64,000 nt of DNA from Paraspadella gotoi (Eukaryota > Animalia > Chaetognatha), in assembly GCA_051294375.1 (NCBI GenBank), contig CM119267.1:8594843-8658842 (forward strand), read 5' to 3'. Position numbers and translations under genes: made by a program. Shown piece by piece: positions 48,005 through 62,014 of the stretch (position 1 is the first letter of the stretch; the number at the start of each line of letters is the position of its first letter). The notes below the pieces were generated by a model. The model saw only the letters and a list, made by a program, of their open reading frames with translations. It had not been told where the DNA came from and made no database searches.

Positions 48005-51000
48005 ATCAACCTCAATGGTCTTCTTCTTGCACGCCAATAAAGATCATCTTCCTCGCAAACTCTTTTCACCCTTTCTCAACTACTTGTAATTCCTTTCCAA
48101 CCCCTTAAATATTCACACTCTTTCTGGGAGAATCACTCAGAACTCGCTCATCCTTGCACCCTTGCCAAAAGAGGCTTCACATTTAAATTTTCTCCCCTAC
48201 CCAGTTTCAAGGCCAAAACCAATCCCCAACTTTCAATCAAGAGCCAATCTCCTTCCTGACTCGACACTGTCACCGTTCACTCTTTCCAGACCGATTTCAA
48301 CTCGTTCCCCCGACAACCCCCCGTTCCACACCCTTCAGACCCCCCCTCCACATTTCACTCCTTGCGCCGCCATTTCCCCGCCGACTCACCCCTCCGACCC
48401 TTCGGGACCCCATTGTTTCCCCCGGCGACCGCAACAAATTCCCGTGTTACACGGACCCGAGAATTCATAAAATCCCCCTAGCACAGGCCCGACTCAGGGG
48501 CGAGGAAAGCAGACTCAGCTTTGACCGCATTCGCGAGAGCCCTTCTGGGTTTTGTATAAACGAAATTCTCGCCCCCCTTTTTTCTCCTCTTCTCACTCGG
48601 GGCCAGGCACGGCACGCCTCGTTTTGCGGCGCATCTTTGCCGGCGCGCTTATTCTCTTTCGCAATCCGAGCGTCCTTTTTTCTTTTTTGGATATCCTCAC
48701 GTCTTTTTTTTATGGAACATCCATTTTCCTTCCTTAGTTTATCTTCACTTATTTGGCGGTAATTGGCTTTCTTTTCATCTTATTCCATTTCATTCGCACT
48801 ACATTTATAATTCTTTAGAAAGAGTTTGGATAGTTTAAGCAACGGATTTTTATTTGAAATAAGGTGAATATGGTTTTCGACTTCTTAATCTCTATTTCCT
48901 TCTAATCCACATTTTTCCTCAAACTGTCTGAACAATTCAAAAGATACACCTAGCAAACTAATCGCTGTTTTTTGATTTCACACACTGATAATCAACCTGG
49001 TATGATGTAAAAGTTTAGGATATTTGTTCATCAGCCTCTCTTACCACGAAGATTGCACATGACTCCAGAACGCCCCATGGTGATAACAGTGAATTTTTAG
49101 CGTGATAGCGCAGCAAAAATCCCATTGAAAAGATACTTAACCTTTATGTAAAGAACCTTTCCCGAGAACGAATTAATAACAAAACAAACATAGTTTCGCA
49201 ATTCATGTCAAATAAACCATACTTTAGTACGCCATCTCTTCGTGGAGTTGTGAAAAAATATTAATCTTCTGCCGCGCAGCGTTTTGTTAGAATCCATGTG
49301 CTGCACGTCAAAACTCATATCAACCCTTATCTAAAATCCTTGAAGGAACGCTAAAGCAAGCATCATTGTTTACGTTACGGGAACCCAGATTTTCTTATAC
49401 TGGCGCCGCACGAACCTCTCCTAACACTCCACCCCTGTACGTAACTAACAGCGCATCTAATTCATACAATAGGACAGAAGGTTCGTCACCGCCACCGGAC
49501 TGCTCGTTCGCACTCCTTTTGTGGTCAGTGAAGCCGAGTCTCGCAAATTTGCTCCACTCAGCATGCCAACCCGAGTTTTATCCTTCGCGATGAGGGTTCG
49601 GCTAACTGCTTTTTGTTACGTATCCCCAATATAAGTTACATACTGACGGGCTCCTTAGGGCATCTCCTCTTTGACACACCCCAGCCAACTCAGGTTGGTC
49701 TCCCAAAAATTTTGGTATGGAGGCGCCAAACTCCCCCCTTCTGTCGCCATCCCGAAGCGTGAGCCACCGATCTCACCGTGTCGATTCTTGCCCTTGTCAT
49801 GGCGTCCCAGCTCGTTCCCTTGACCCCTTTGTTGACTCGACCAACTAATTTGATAAAGAGCAACCGACTGTACGTCTCCTTGAATGACGCCCGCTTATTG
49901 GCGCTCCCCCCGGTATTTTCCAGGTCTTTACTCACTTTGTGCACGAAAACGTCGATCATCCTTGCGTCTGGGGTGTTACTTACGTGCCATGCGAGGTTCA
50001 CAGAAAGAGTTGCAGGTGCCATGTTTGGTGCAGAAACCGAATCACCATTGAAATTCTTTCTTGGAATTTCCTCCCCCCTCTTGTTCACAAGATTAATCAA
50101 TTTGTCTACGTTAATATCACTGTATTCAGAGACGATCAAATTTAGTAAATTGTCTCAAACTGTGCTCACTCAGTTTTCACGTTTTTCAAAACTAGTTAAG
50201 TCACTAGATTACATCAAGCCTCATTCAAATTATTTCATGAACTTCTAAGTCTTTAAATATTTTGTATTACTTTCAGTGCGATTTCATGCGGGGCACCACA
50301 CGGAAAAACATAAAAATCTTAAAATTACAGCGCCTCATCTCAATTGACTTCACTCTCATTTTTCTACTTACCTTTGTAAGTGCAAGGTCACAAGACTTTA
50401 ATATAAAATGTTCTATGTTTGCAACAACTCCACTGTGTCGTCTCTCTGAGCCAAAGGAAGACCTTTACTTTTCCTCTCATAGGCTCCTCCTCTAATGCCA
50501 TGTGCAATACAACATCCAAAGCGCCTTATGTGCTTCATTATATTTTACGGAACAATTCCAGAGTTTTCCCTTTCCACTCCAGAATATGCTCTCACACCCT
50601 TATCCTCTTAGAATGTGAGCGTCAAACAAAATTTTTAGTTTCCACCTCCAACGCTTTTCAGCTGCTCCAAGTGAGTAAGTTAAAGGATTCTCCTCCTCCT
50701 CCTTCCTACGTCTTATTAATATCTTCTTATTTACCAGCGAGAGCATCATAATCGAATAGGTCAAATATTTTATCAATATAGCAAGTTGAACTGTTGAGAC
50801 CAAGCTAACAGATTAGTAAATGTTTTTTTTTTTATTTTTTCATTTTTTCGATTATTTTCATGAAGCACTGATCTTGTAGACCCAAAAGCACAATGTTCAT
50901 TGATCCCTGTTCATCATTTAAACTCGTCATTCTTTCTCTGTATCTACAAATAGAGGTTATTTAAACTTGTAGTGGAGACTTCGCCGATACTAAGTTGATC

Positions 51001-54000
51001 CAAACGCGTAGGTTCATAAACGCGCAATCCTATACATTTCCATCTTATGATCTCCTATTTCATAGAGGATTTATAGAAATTATACAATGAAAGCAGCGGT
51101 GGCAGGCTCGCCCAACGCTCTTCATGTGAATACCTGTAATCTGACACAACAGAAACTTGTCCCATGAGATTGAGTGTGAGCAGCCACAAGCTCGCAACAC
51201 TCAACAGCTTGAAGTTAAGCCTCAAAGGGATTGAATTGCAAAAATTCTCCTTCACACGAATGATAGCAGCGCCCAGGCATATGGCCAGCAATTCAGTGGT
51301 CAACAATGGCATTTCAATGCATTTCTCCGCAACGTCTTCCTCGGATACATGCGCGGATGGGGTCTGTGGCCGATGAGATTCTCTCCTCAGTTCTCCTTTG
51401 ACAGTTTCTTCCGGCAGAAACCCGTTTCACACACTTTTCCGGCATCCTTTAACTCCTGCAACTTCTTTCGGCGACTCTTGTTCCCACACCTTCCACAACT
51501 TTTCCTTCATCTTTTCCGCAAGGCGTCCATGATATAACTGTCTTGGGCATGCAACTCTGTTCGATCAGCAGCATCTTTTTCAAGCAAATTCTTCAGCATG
51601 CGACTTCTTTAGCAGCGGCTTCTTTAGCAAAGTAACGTCTTCTACAGCAGCCTTTCAAACGCAGATCTTCTAGCAGCAGCGTCTTCAGCAGCATCTTCTT
51701 TACGCAGCAACTTCTTCTGCAGACAGCATCGGACAAGGCTTCTCACGCAACAGCCTCAGCTTCTTTATCGTCTTCATCACGGCGGTGTAATTGGATTGCG
51801 CAACCATTCGTTTTCGGCAGAGGTTCCTTTGTTGAATCCATTGGCGGTCGGGCCGATCCCTCACTTGCGTCGTCCACTCCAATGGAACTCCTCGTTGATA
51901 ACTCCTTTCGAGTCGGTCCACCTTCCCATCTGCCTCCACTTAGACTCGCCAGCCTATTCAATTCTCCGCTCTCTCCTTTCTCGCTCGTTTTTACGTCTGA
52001 ACTTCTATCTCCCATTCTCTATGCCTTTCCTCACCTTCATTATTCTATTCTTCTCTCAGGGTATCTCTTATCTCCGAATTTCTTTCAATTTTTCTTCAAA
52101 GCTCATCCTCTTTCATCCGAACCTCGTCTTGCTCTGATCCTTTTCGAATATTGTACAATTCGCTTCGTTCTTTCTCTCTCTCTATGGCTATACACTCTTC
52201 TCTGCCATTTCTAGTTCCTTGACCTAACCTTTGGCAAAATCATCTGTGCAAGACGATTGATGAGACGACGTCGTTACCATAGTCTAGCTTTTGAGACAGT
52301 TTGACGCTAGACTCTCTCTCAGCGCACCAAAGTAGGTGAAGACTCTTGTCGCGGACTTTGGCGAAAGCCAGACCATCGCCGACGTCGCCATCCAGATGCT
52401 CGATGACTCTAATCGACGTCGTCTCGGCGAGGCCGCCTCGAGACCCGCCGCTTATCGGGTAGTCCCTTCTTTGGCCTCTCACGCCGATCAAGGTTATGAT
52501 TGCTGCTCTGCTGCTAGCTGCGTTCGGCTGATTAAGGTTTAGTTTAGATTTTAATTGTTGAATTTTAGATTATAGTGAGTGTAATTTTAAATCCCCGGAT
52601 TTATGACAAAAGTTCTTAATATTTGAGTATTGTTCATATGCCTCAGCACTAGAAATTCCCTGACTCCAGGAACGCCCACTGTGGATAACAGTGAGTAGTG
52701 TGTAGCGCAGCGTAAGAACCTTCAGTAACAAAATAAACAAAACGCACACAGAGACATAGTTCTCATAGTCATTCAATAACATACTATTAGTAAGTGAATT
52801 CTCGCCGGAGTGGTTGAAAGAGACTTAGTAATCTTCTTGCCGGCAGCGTAGTGAATATCTGGCTGCTCTGAGTATCAAACTACAGTATCAAACCCTTTCT
52901 AAACCTTGGAAGGGAACGCTAAGCAAATATCATGTGTTAATTACTCGTATACACAGAACACACCGGCCAGATGTTCACGCCGCGCACGACCTCTCCGTAA
53001 CATTTTATGAGTCGAAATAAAATCACACATAACGTATATTTAAAAAATCAAGAGTAAAAAAGGGTTAAAGCTCCATAAGCGTAGTATTAAGGCTCTCGAA
53101 ATGCTTTATGTCGGTTTTTTATTTTGAACAAAGTGGACTTTATTAATCACATTAGCCTTAACCAAAGCTGGCGCGACTTTTGTTTTTCCTCTCCATATAT
53201 CGCGCTCACCCTTCACTCCCTCGCATACGCCTCTTTACTAATGATCCTTATTCTTTCTTTGCTCGAGATTTGCCATTTCTCTTCCTTTGATTCTTCACAA
53301 CACACTCGCTCACCTGTGGCCGCCACCGCAGGTCAAAATCAAGAAAGCGTTATTCAAAAAACGTTTATCTCCACCGCGCCACCCGAATCGCAACGCTCCC
53401 CGCCAAAGCTCCTCACCGCTACGAACGCTTCCCAGACCTCGACCTGAAGCTGCTCCTGGCATCTACTGGAGGATCAGACTTGACACCGACTCAACCAACG
53501 CCTTATTTCGCCTACCCATGGGAGGGTCTCGCACATTCGGAGCTCTGCTACGACCTGAGGCGGTTTCTTTGCTTTTTTTATTGAAAATATTTACGACCCC
53601 TTAGGCAAGAATCGGTCGATTGTTCGTTGGTCGCTTGAAGCGGTCCTCGTTCACCTCCGGGCGCTAAAAGTACAGCCGAGTGCCGGCGCCATCGTGGTCT
53701 GATGCGCCGGTGTGTCTCCAGAACCACATCTCAGGCTTCTACGTTCACGCTCGAGGCAAGCTCGGCTCGGGGCGCCGCGGGCCCCGGGGTCGCCACGAGC
53801 ACCGACCACCAGAGAGGAAATCTTTTCCATTATTTCCGCTTTTCAAATATGGGTTGACAATCGGACCGAGAGGAGGCAACGACCAGGGCACGACCGGTTA
53901 AGATGGGCGGGGCGGGGAGTGGGTCGGTGGTAGATAAGAGGGAAGACTCGGAGGTATCATGCAAACGGCTTGGGATAAAGGGAAAAGGAGATCGACGCGG

Positions 54001-55217
54001 ACAAAAGTTGAAAGACTGAGAACGGGAAAGAAATGAAAACGAACGCGAGAGATCGGGGGCAGTGAGGCACAGGTCGAAAAAGAGTGGAGCGCGGTCAAAG
54101 GAAAGAAAATTGGGTTAGGGCGGGACGAATTGTGTGAATGAAAAAACGGGCGGCGAAAGGGAATACGGGGAAAAGGAGCGAAGGCCCGGAGGGGCGGGCG
54201 GGGATGGGATTGCCAAATGGAAGAAAACGGAAGAAGTGAGGAAGAAACTGATGAGGGAAGGGTCTCTGTGCGCTGCGCACAGCTTACGCGTGCTGTGGCC
54301 CAAGCTGTATCTCGGAAAAAATTGAATTGGGATAATGCAAGAAGGGTAATATTAAAAAATAGCGGCTTTACTGACGGGCCAAAAAAAAAAAAAATGAAAT
54401 TAAAAATTAAGTAAAATTTTAGTTTAATCTGATTAAATGAGAAAGTAAGAGTCAAACCCGAATTGAACATCTGTCTATTATTTTTAAAACAAGATAACCA
54501 GACCGTCGATTACTGGAGGACCAGAGATCAATCTGAATAACATCAAAATAAAACAGTAAGTACATTTACGTCCACAAACTTTTTTTTCCAATTTATAGAA
54601 TCATTACGTTTGTACTGCGGTAAAAAAATCTTTAGCTTATTTAACCAGTCAGGTATATAGATTTTTACAATCAGATATTTATAGCATTATTGTGCATTAA
54701 TTTGCCTCACTGCGATTTTTATTGTGCATCAGGATTATAATTTGAACATACAGTATCAACGAAATTTTCTTTCTCTCACGGAATGAACCCCGCTTCGGAT
54801 CAAATAGGCCATATCTCTCGCAAGCGCCAAACGATCTTTTGCGCCATCCGCGGACGAGTGTGTAAAAAAATCTCTGGTATATTCGCCGTCAGCTGGTGAC
54901 GTTCAAAAAGCCCGCATGACGAGATTCGAAAACAAAAGATCTCTACTCAAGAATTCGAACATTCCCACCTGCGGAGATTCACTGGCGATCTTCACCGAAC
55001 TTAAAGTCTCGAGTCACAAAACGAATTAACCATGAGATACAAATAGGCAAGACAGGTCGACGACGTTTGGGGCGCTCGGCCGGGCAATCTCCGTTTTGTC
55101 TTCATAAACAAGAGGCGGCGCCGTCCTAGCCGAGTTCTTGACGCCGCAACGCTTTTAATATTTTATGAGAGCGCACACGGCGACGCAGGCAAAAAGAACG
55201 TGATCCGGCGTCGTCTC
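48005..55217 (-). repeat. Block B copy 3, inverted (same insertion state as copy 2)
   Basis: ctcaatggtcttcttcttg at 48011 is the reverse complement of about 40748-40767, and the copy runs back to the equivalent of about 41495. It includes the inverted LTR element. Confidence 0.9.
49012..53002 (-). mobile_element. Inverted, noisier copy of the same LTR element
   Basis: Reverse-complement LTRs at about 49012-49426 and 52620-53002. ctctcctaacactccacccct at 49416-49436 is the reverse complement of PPT plus TGTTAGGAGAG. Confidence 0.8.
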
Positions 55218-55336
55218 ATATCTATTATCTATATCTATCTTTCTGTTGTATCTCCTCACTCTATTCTTCTCTCTACGCATCCTACACTTGGACAGGATCT
55301 TCTCCTTTTTTNNNNNNNNNNNNNNNNNNNNNNNNN

Positions 55337-57142
55337 TGGAAGCGTTCGAGCGGTGAGGAGCTTTGGCGGGGAGCGTTGCGTTCGGGTGGCGCGGTGGAGA
55401 TAAAACGTTTTTGAATACCTTTCTTGATTTTGACTGCGGTGGCGCCACAGGTGAGCGGGTGTTTGAAGAATCAAATTGAGAAAATCAAATCTCGAGAAGN
55501 NNNNNNNNNNNNNNNNNNNNNNNNNNNNNNNNNNNNNNNNNNNNNNNNNNNNNNNNNNNNNNNNNNNNNNNNNNNNNNNNNNNNNNNNNNNNNNNNNNNN
55601 NNNNNNNNNNNNNNNNNNNNNNNNNNNNNNNNNNNNNNNNNNNNNNNNNNNNNNNNNNNNNNNNNNNNNTCTTAATCACAACTTTTTCGCTCAAACTTTA
55701 ACACGTACTAGCTAACTAATGCTTGTTTGTTCATTATGAATTATTAATCAAGAATTAAAAGTCGAAACATATTCACTATTTAAAATAAAATCGTTGCTTA
55801 AACTACTCCAAACTCTTTCTAAAGGAAAATTATGTATTCAAAGAAATGAATAAAAGAAACAATTACCCCCAAATAATAAGATAACAAAGGAAAAGGCAAA
55901 ATGGATGTTCCCAAAAAAAAGACGTGAAGGATCCAAAAAAGAAAAAAAGGAAGCGCTCGATTCCAAAGAGAATAGCGCCCCGCAAAAGAGCGCCGCAAAA
56001 GAGCGCCGCCGCCCGAGGAAAAGAAGAAAAAAAGGGGGGGCGAGAAATTTATTTAACAAAAACGCGGGCGTCGTTTCCCTCGTCGCCGCTAGGGGGATTT
56101 ATCCGCGACGGTTGTGCGGATCGCCCGCGGGGAAACAATCGCCCGACCCGGGGAGGGGGTGGGGGCGGGGAAAATGGCGGCGCCGAAGGAGTGAAATGTG
56201 GAGGGGGGCGTCTGAAGGGTGTGGAAAGGGGGGTGTCGGGAACGAGTTAAAAATGGCCTCAGGAAAGAGTGAACACGGTGAACAGTGTCGAGTCAGGAAG
56301 GAGTTGGGCTCTTGATGAATGGGAATTGGTTTTGGCTTTGAAACTGGTAGGGGAGAAATTTAATGTGAAGCTCTTGCAAGGGTGCAAAGGATGAGGAGTT
56401 CCGAGTGATTCTCCAGAAAGAGTGTGATATTTAAGGGGTTGGGAAGGAATTAACCAAGTAGCTTGAGAAAGGGTGAAAAGAGTTATGCCGAGGAAGAGTG
56501 ATCTTTATTGGCGCCAAGAAGAAAGACCATTGAGCCGCAGGAATTGGTCTTAAATACGGTTCCCTTCAAAGTGACCTTGATTGAAGTAGTTGCTGCGAAG
56601 AAAATTTTCGCAAATTGAGTGAAACAATAGCGGTGCGGTCGAATTCGTGAACTGGGAGAGAGTAATTAGGCCTATTTCTTTTTAAAAAGCCTTAGGTTTA
56701 GTTTCAAGAAATCATCATGGTACAGTTTTCATACATGTATCATGAAAATAAACTTGAAAGCCTTGTCAATGAAAGAGAGAACGAAAGAAATTTTAAAAAG
56801 GCGACTTAACGCGAGTCACAATGGTTTGGATTCCAGACTTCAAAACGACGGTTAAAACAGTAAACAGTAAACACTAAACAGTGGACAATGAATAAACAGT
56901 GAATACCGAACAGTAAAAAAAAAAAACTTGTTTTCCCCTTTCGAGACGAAAACCGTCATTAGCGTCATCGCGGTCCTCATTACCGCCGACGCCCTCTTCG
57001 TCGTCGTTGTTGTTGTTGCTGTCGTCGTCGTTGTCTTCGTCGTCCCCTTAATCGTCGTCGTCGTAGTTTTTCAACTCGTTTTCCGTCATCATCATTATCA
57101 TCGTCTTTTCTTTATTCCGGTTCAACGTATAGTGAAGATCGA
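55337..57142 (+). repeat. Block B copy 4 (55337-55499 and 55750-57142, split by a 170-N gap)
   Basis: Direct match to 39503-39656 and to 39963-41375. Confidence 0.9.
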
Positions 57143-57577
57143 GGCTGAAAATTGTTCCTTGAATTGCACTAAATGTAAATAATATTACCGGCCTAAAATT
57201 CCATTCCTTTTTTGAATTCTTTTGGTTTCATAACAAAGTGGTCGATTTAAAAGTCATTGTAATTTTATTCCTAACGCGCACTTCCCTCGATAATATTACT
57301 GAAATAAAATAAAACATTTTTTTTCACTCATTGATCTCGAATTATTTCTTACTAAAAATTCCAACCTCCACTATGTTTTTTTTTCCAGTTGTCAATTGAA
57401 TGCATTAAGCGAAGGTCTGCTTCTCTCTTTCAACTTTCTTCTCTCCCTTCAACTACAACTACAACAACAACACAACCACAATAAGAACCGCATCACGATC
57501 AATGATCATCATCGTCGTCTTTAATTTTTCGACGACGGCGAGCCTCTTTTCTCCGAGGAAAAAAACTCCTCGAAATC

Positions 57578-57711
<134 letters not shown>

Positions 57712-58368
57712 CAATTTCCCCCTCTCCTTTTTTTTTTTTGCTCTTCGGCTCAAAGTTTGAAAATTCCGAGAGGCGGAAATTGGCTGAAGCTTTTGCAAAA
57801 AAAAAAATAAAAAAATATTAAAAAAAAAAATCTGTAGAAAATAGAAATGGGAAACAAAAACACGAACGCCACTTAAAATATAATAATAAAAAAATTTATA
57901 CATAAACATAGCGTTCGGTATTTTTTTTTAATGATCTGCCGGTCGCGAACGAAAAAGAAATAAAGCGACGAAGGAGAAAAAATCGAATTTTCACGTTTTC
58001 ACCCGAAATAATGAAAAAAAAAATAATAAAAATAATAAAATAAAATCCCTTCTTCGAATTCCGATATGGAAGCAAAATTGACGGGAGAGGAGAGGGGAAG
58101 GAACGGATGAAAATTTTTGTTTTTCGTCGTCGTCATCGTCGTCGCGGTTGTCGTTGTTGTGGAAGTCGTCGTCGTCGTCAACGTCGACTACATTGTTTTA
58201 TTGTCTTCTTCGTTTACTAATAAGAAAAGAAAAGAAAAGAAGAGAGTGAGAAGGAAGAATAGTGGCGGTGGACGCGATCGAGTTGGCCTTCGCCAACCAT
58301 CAGGTCGTTTTCGTTTTTAAAGACGAGATGTGAAATGTCAAATGTGAAATGCTTTGTCGCACGTAACG

Positions 58369-58633
58369 TCAATTACTTGCTTGATTTAACAAAGAACGCT
58401 TTTGCTCAGAAGGACCCAGAAAATAGCACGTACTCATTTTACAACCAGCCTGACAGTCGCACGCACAATCGTCAGACGTGCAACTTTTCCACACGGCCTC
58501 GTCTTCCGCGTTTAATCGAAGCTCTTCTCTCGAGCTGAGCGGACGACGTTGATCGAAGGCGACGAAGCGTAGATCGAAATGGACGAAGAAATTCTTTGGC
58601 GAATATTGGTCGCCGATGTTCGAGTTACGAAAT
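58369..58633 (-). CDS. Candidate terminal exon of an unidentified gene (87 aa, Cys-rich end)
   Basis: An AG acceptor precedes the open frame FRNSNIGDQYSPKNFFVHFDLRFVAFDQRRPLSSREELRLNAEDEAVWKSCTSDDCACDCQAGCKMSTCYFLGPSEQKRSLLNQASN* in complex, non-repetitive sequence. No homology recognised and no upstream exons identified. Confidence 0.2.
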
Positions 58634-59549
58634 CTACAATCGAATATCGGGGCTTAGAATCAAGTCTTGGCACCGTAAATCCAGTAAAGGCGCGGAGACA
58701 TGGGCTCATTTGTATTAGGGCGTGACAGTTATTTCTTTCCGCGGCTGAGATTCGAATCTCAGCGCCTTAAATTAAGTTAAGGTGTCGAGATATTGCTGCC
58801 TACGTTTCAGTTATATCGACTACAAACCATTTCCGGAGCTCAGAAGCTCAGAGCTCATTTCTAGGCGCCGAGCTTCGCCGAGAGGATTGCCGGATTTGAT
58901 AGAGGATTTTCGATTCCTCCGGACGCCGGACGTTAATCGAAGAGACCGGGCGAGCGAAAATAAGTGGGACGCGGTCACGGATGGGATTTGGAGGCCAGTT
59001 GTGGAGGCTGTGGTGTGGAGTGGGGAATGAAGGATAACCCACAAACGTCGCGATGAGATTAACGAGGGATTCGAGAGAAGGACTAGGAACGAAAATCAAT
59101 GTTGCTCAAAAAGGAAGCGATCGGGATGAAGAGCGGAAGATGGACGGAGGTTGTTTAACCTATTTCTTATTTAGGACGACTAATTGGTTATATTGATTCT
59201 TTATTTAATCAAGGGTAAAATATTTTAAAGGATGTTGAAGAAACCTCTCGCGCTTTATTGTTGTAGTGAATTCAAAATAAAACTTGGCAAAAACTGGAAA
59301 ACTTCGCTTGTATAATTTACCAAAAGTTGCTTTACATGAATAGTCTCTCAATAACTTAACCATGGAATTAATTAAAGGAATCTTAATCAAATCAAACCAT
59401 GTTAAACAGAGTTGTATTTATTTACTGAACGGAGACCGAGACGACGAGAAGATATTAAAATGCTCTGATCGCTATTTTAAACGATCTCCGCTTTGGGAAG
59501 CTCAACAGCATACATCTCTTTCTCTTTCTCCTCTCTCTCTCTTCTCTCT

Positions 59550-59585
<36 letters not shown>

Positions 59586-60186
59586 AGGATTTCTTTTCTC
59601 CACGTGAGACATTCCTTCCTCAATCTTTTTTCCTTTTTTGCCCTCATCTCCTCTATCTTTATCTCCTTTCCTTTTTTCCCTGGGATTTCTCTCTCTTTCT
59701 TTTATATTTATGTAGGGCCTCTGTTGCCAATATTTTTTTTGTTGGTAGAGCGGCGCAGAGAGAGGAAGAAAGGGATAAGAGAGAGAGGAGAGACAGGAGA
59801 GAGAAGAGAGAGAGGAGAAGAGAGAGAGAGGAGAGATTATTGCGGGGCATCCCAGTACTTTTACTATTACTCGTTTTGGGATTTTGTTGTAGAGTGGGCT
59901 TTCGTTGTTATCGACGCAAACTGGTAATAGTCGGATTACGAGTTAGTTAAAGGTTTTTACAATTCAAGTTTACAGGTTTGCGCAAACACTACCGTTTAAA
60001 GCCATTAATTCTTTATCCTGCAACATAAACAAATCCATCACATACTTTCAGATAAAAAAATTGTCAAAAATACGCAAGTCAAAAAAACTTCGGGCGCAAG
60101 AGGGAGCGAGGGCGCCCGAGCGGAAGCCAATTAACTGGCTTTGGGCGAGAAGCCGTGGCCACTGCCCAAGAAGAGTGAGGGGAATG

Positions 60187-60478
60187 TCCGCACTATTTTT
60201 CGAAAGGTGCCCGTATTTTCTGTTCCTAAAGACCTGAATTGATTTTTATTTAAATATTAACCGCTAATCTTCACAAATATTTAAAATTTAAGCCAATCTT
60301 TAATCCTAACTGGCTAATATTTATTTCTCGCTTGATTTTTTTAATCACTAACCAAAGTCCCTAACCTTATCCTTTAAACCCTAAAACCTATAATCCATAA
60401 CCTGGACCTTTAAGTGTCTTTGACCTAATCTGAATTTAAGATGAAATGTGGGCGTTTGGGAAAATATGTGCCGGAATG
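60187..60478. mobile_element. Possible small MITE with imperfect TIRs and internal degenerate (CCTAA)n
   Basis: gtccgcactattttt..gcccgtattttc is imperfectly inverted against gaaatgtgggcg..aaaatatgtgccgga. cctaaccttatcctttaaaccctaaaaccta lies at 60360-60390. Confidence 0.3.
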
Positions 60479-61162
60479 TCTCTGGCCCAAGTTGGGCCAT
60501 CCCGGCTCGTGAGCGTTCATCCACCCCTTTTGGTTTATTTATTCGACCTCCTATGGTTCAAACCTCTTCCGCTCCGGACTCCTGACCCGTTCGGGCGTCG
60601 TCCGTGCGGCGGGGGAGGGGTGGCCGGGGGGGGCGTGGAAAGGGGTTTAGAAATTACGAGTGGTTTTTTTTTCTTATGGTTTTTTTTTTTTCTCGTGAAG
60701 CTTATAGAAGGGGAAAAAAAAAATTCAGAATTCGTTTAGGGTCGAGGAATCTTTTCATGAGCTCTAGTTTTCTGCTCGCCGTCGGTCGTGTCTTGTCTTG
60801 GTTTTTTGTTGTTGTAGGAAGATTTGGGGATTATGAGAACAATAACGAGAACGACAAGACATTATCAATGGAAACCAATTTATTGATGTCAAATATTTAT
60901 CGGCCCGGTAAAGGTTGCGCAAGATACAACCCGATGTATAAAAAAATTTATGAAAAAAATTATTGCCACCTATGAACAACTGGTCAAATTGATAAAGAAA
61001 GAGTTTTAAACGAAAATGGAGAAAAACCAAATTTTACTTTGGGCGACGAAAAAAAAAGGCCAAGATTTTTTAATGTACGATTACTCCAATAAATTAGTAC
61101 ACCGCCCGACCGGAAATCCGGGGCTGATTTTTCCGAGAAATTTACCTTTCGTCGCCCATTTT

Positions 61163-61198
<36 letters not shown>

Positions 61199-61976
61199 CA
61201 GAGAGAGAGATGACGATGAGAGAGAGAGAGAGAGAGATGAGAGAGAGATTGATAGAACTTTCGGCCCCGAGTCCGTTCCTGATTACTTTGCATAAAAACG
61301 TTCGCTTAATTGTGATTTTCTCCTTGGGTTGAGAAAAAAGGCAGAGAGAAAAATAATATTTCTTCTCCGTCAACTACTTTTATTTTATTTTCTCTCAAAG
61401 GAATTGTTTTCAACCTTTTTTTTCCGCGGCGTGTAGTGAGTCTTGGAAAGCTATTTTTGAAAAATTCTGTTTTTTTTAGATTTTCATCGGTAAATTTTTG
61501 CCTACTTTCCAATAGAGTATAGAGCTATTATTCATTTTAACTCTTTTTTTTCTCTTTCGTTATTTTTTGTCCTTTGTCTTTTAAATTTTTTTTTTTCTCG
61601 GGAGGTTTCTTATTCTTCAAAGGGAAAGAAAATGAAAGAAAGGAGGAAACCGCGCTTAAAGGATAAAACACTATTGCCTTCGAAGGAAAACTGGTTTTTA
61701 AAAAGAAAATATCATACAGAAATTAAAAATACTCGGGCGAAACTTGCATTGTTGTTACCATATCTTCGATCAAAGGCGGTACAAGATTACCGCCATATTT
61801 TTATTTTTATTCGAAAGAATTAAAAAAAAAATTATAAATTGCCCCCAAATTTTGCGCCATTTAAAGGGAGAAAGAACAAGGGAAAAGGGAGGGAAAACTA
61901 GTTAATATTTATGCAGAGCCGAGAGGAGTAAGAGGGGAGAGAGACCGAGAGAGAGGGAAGAGAGAAGAGAGAGAGA

Positions 61977-62014
<38 letters not shown>

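Larger units (their letters stand above)
3549..55669. other. Assembly gaps: 25 N at 3549-3573, 19863-19887, 19984-20008, 26625-26649, 41382-41406 and 55312-55336; 170 N at 55500-55669
   Basis: Counted directly. Each 25-N gap sits at a boundary between redundant copies. Confidence 0.95.
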
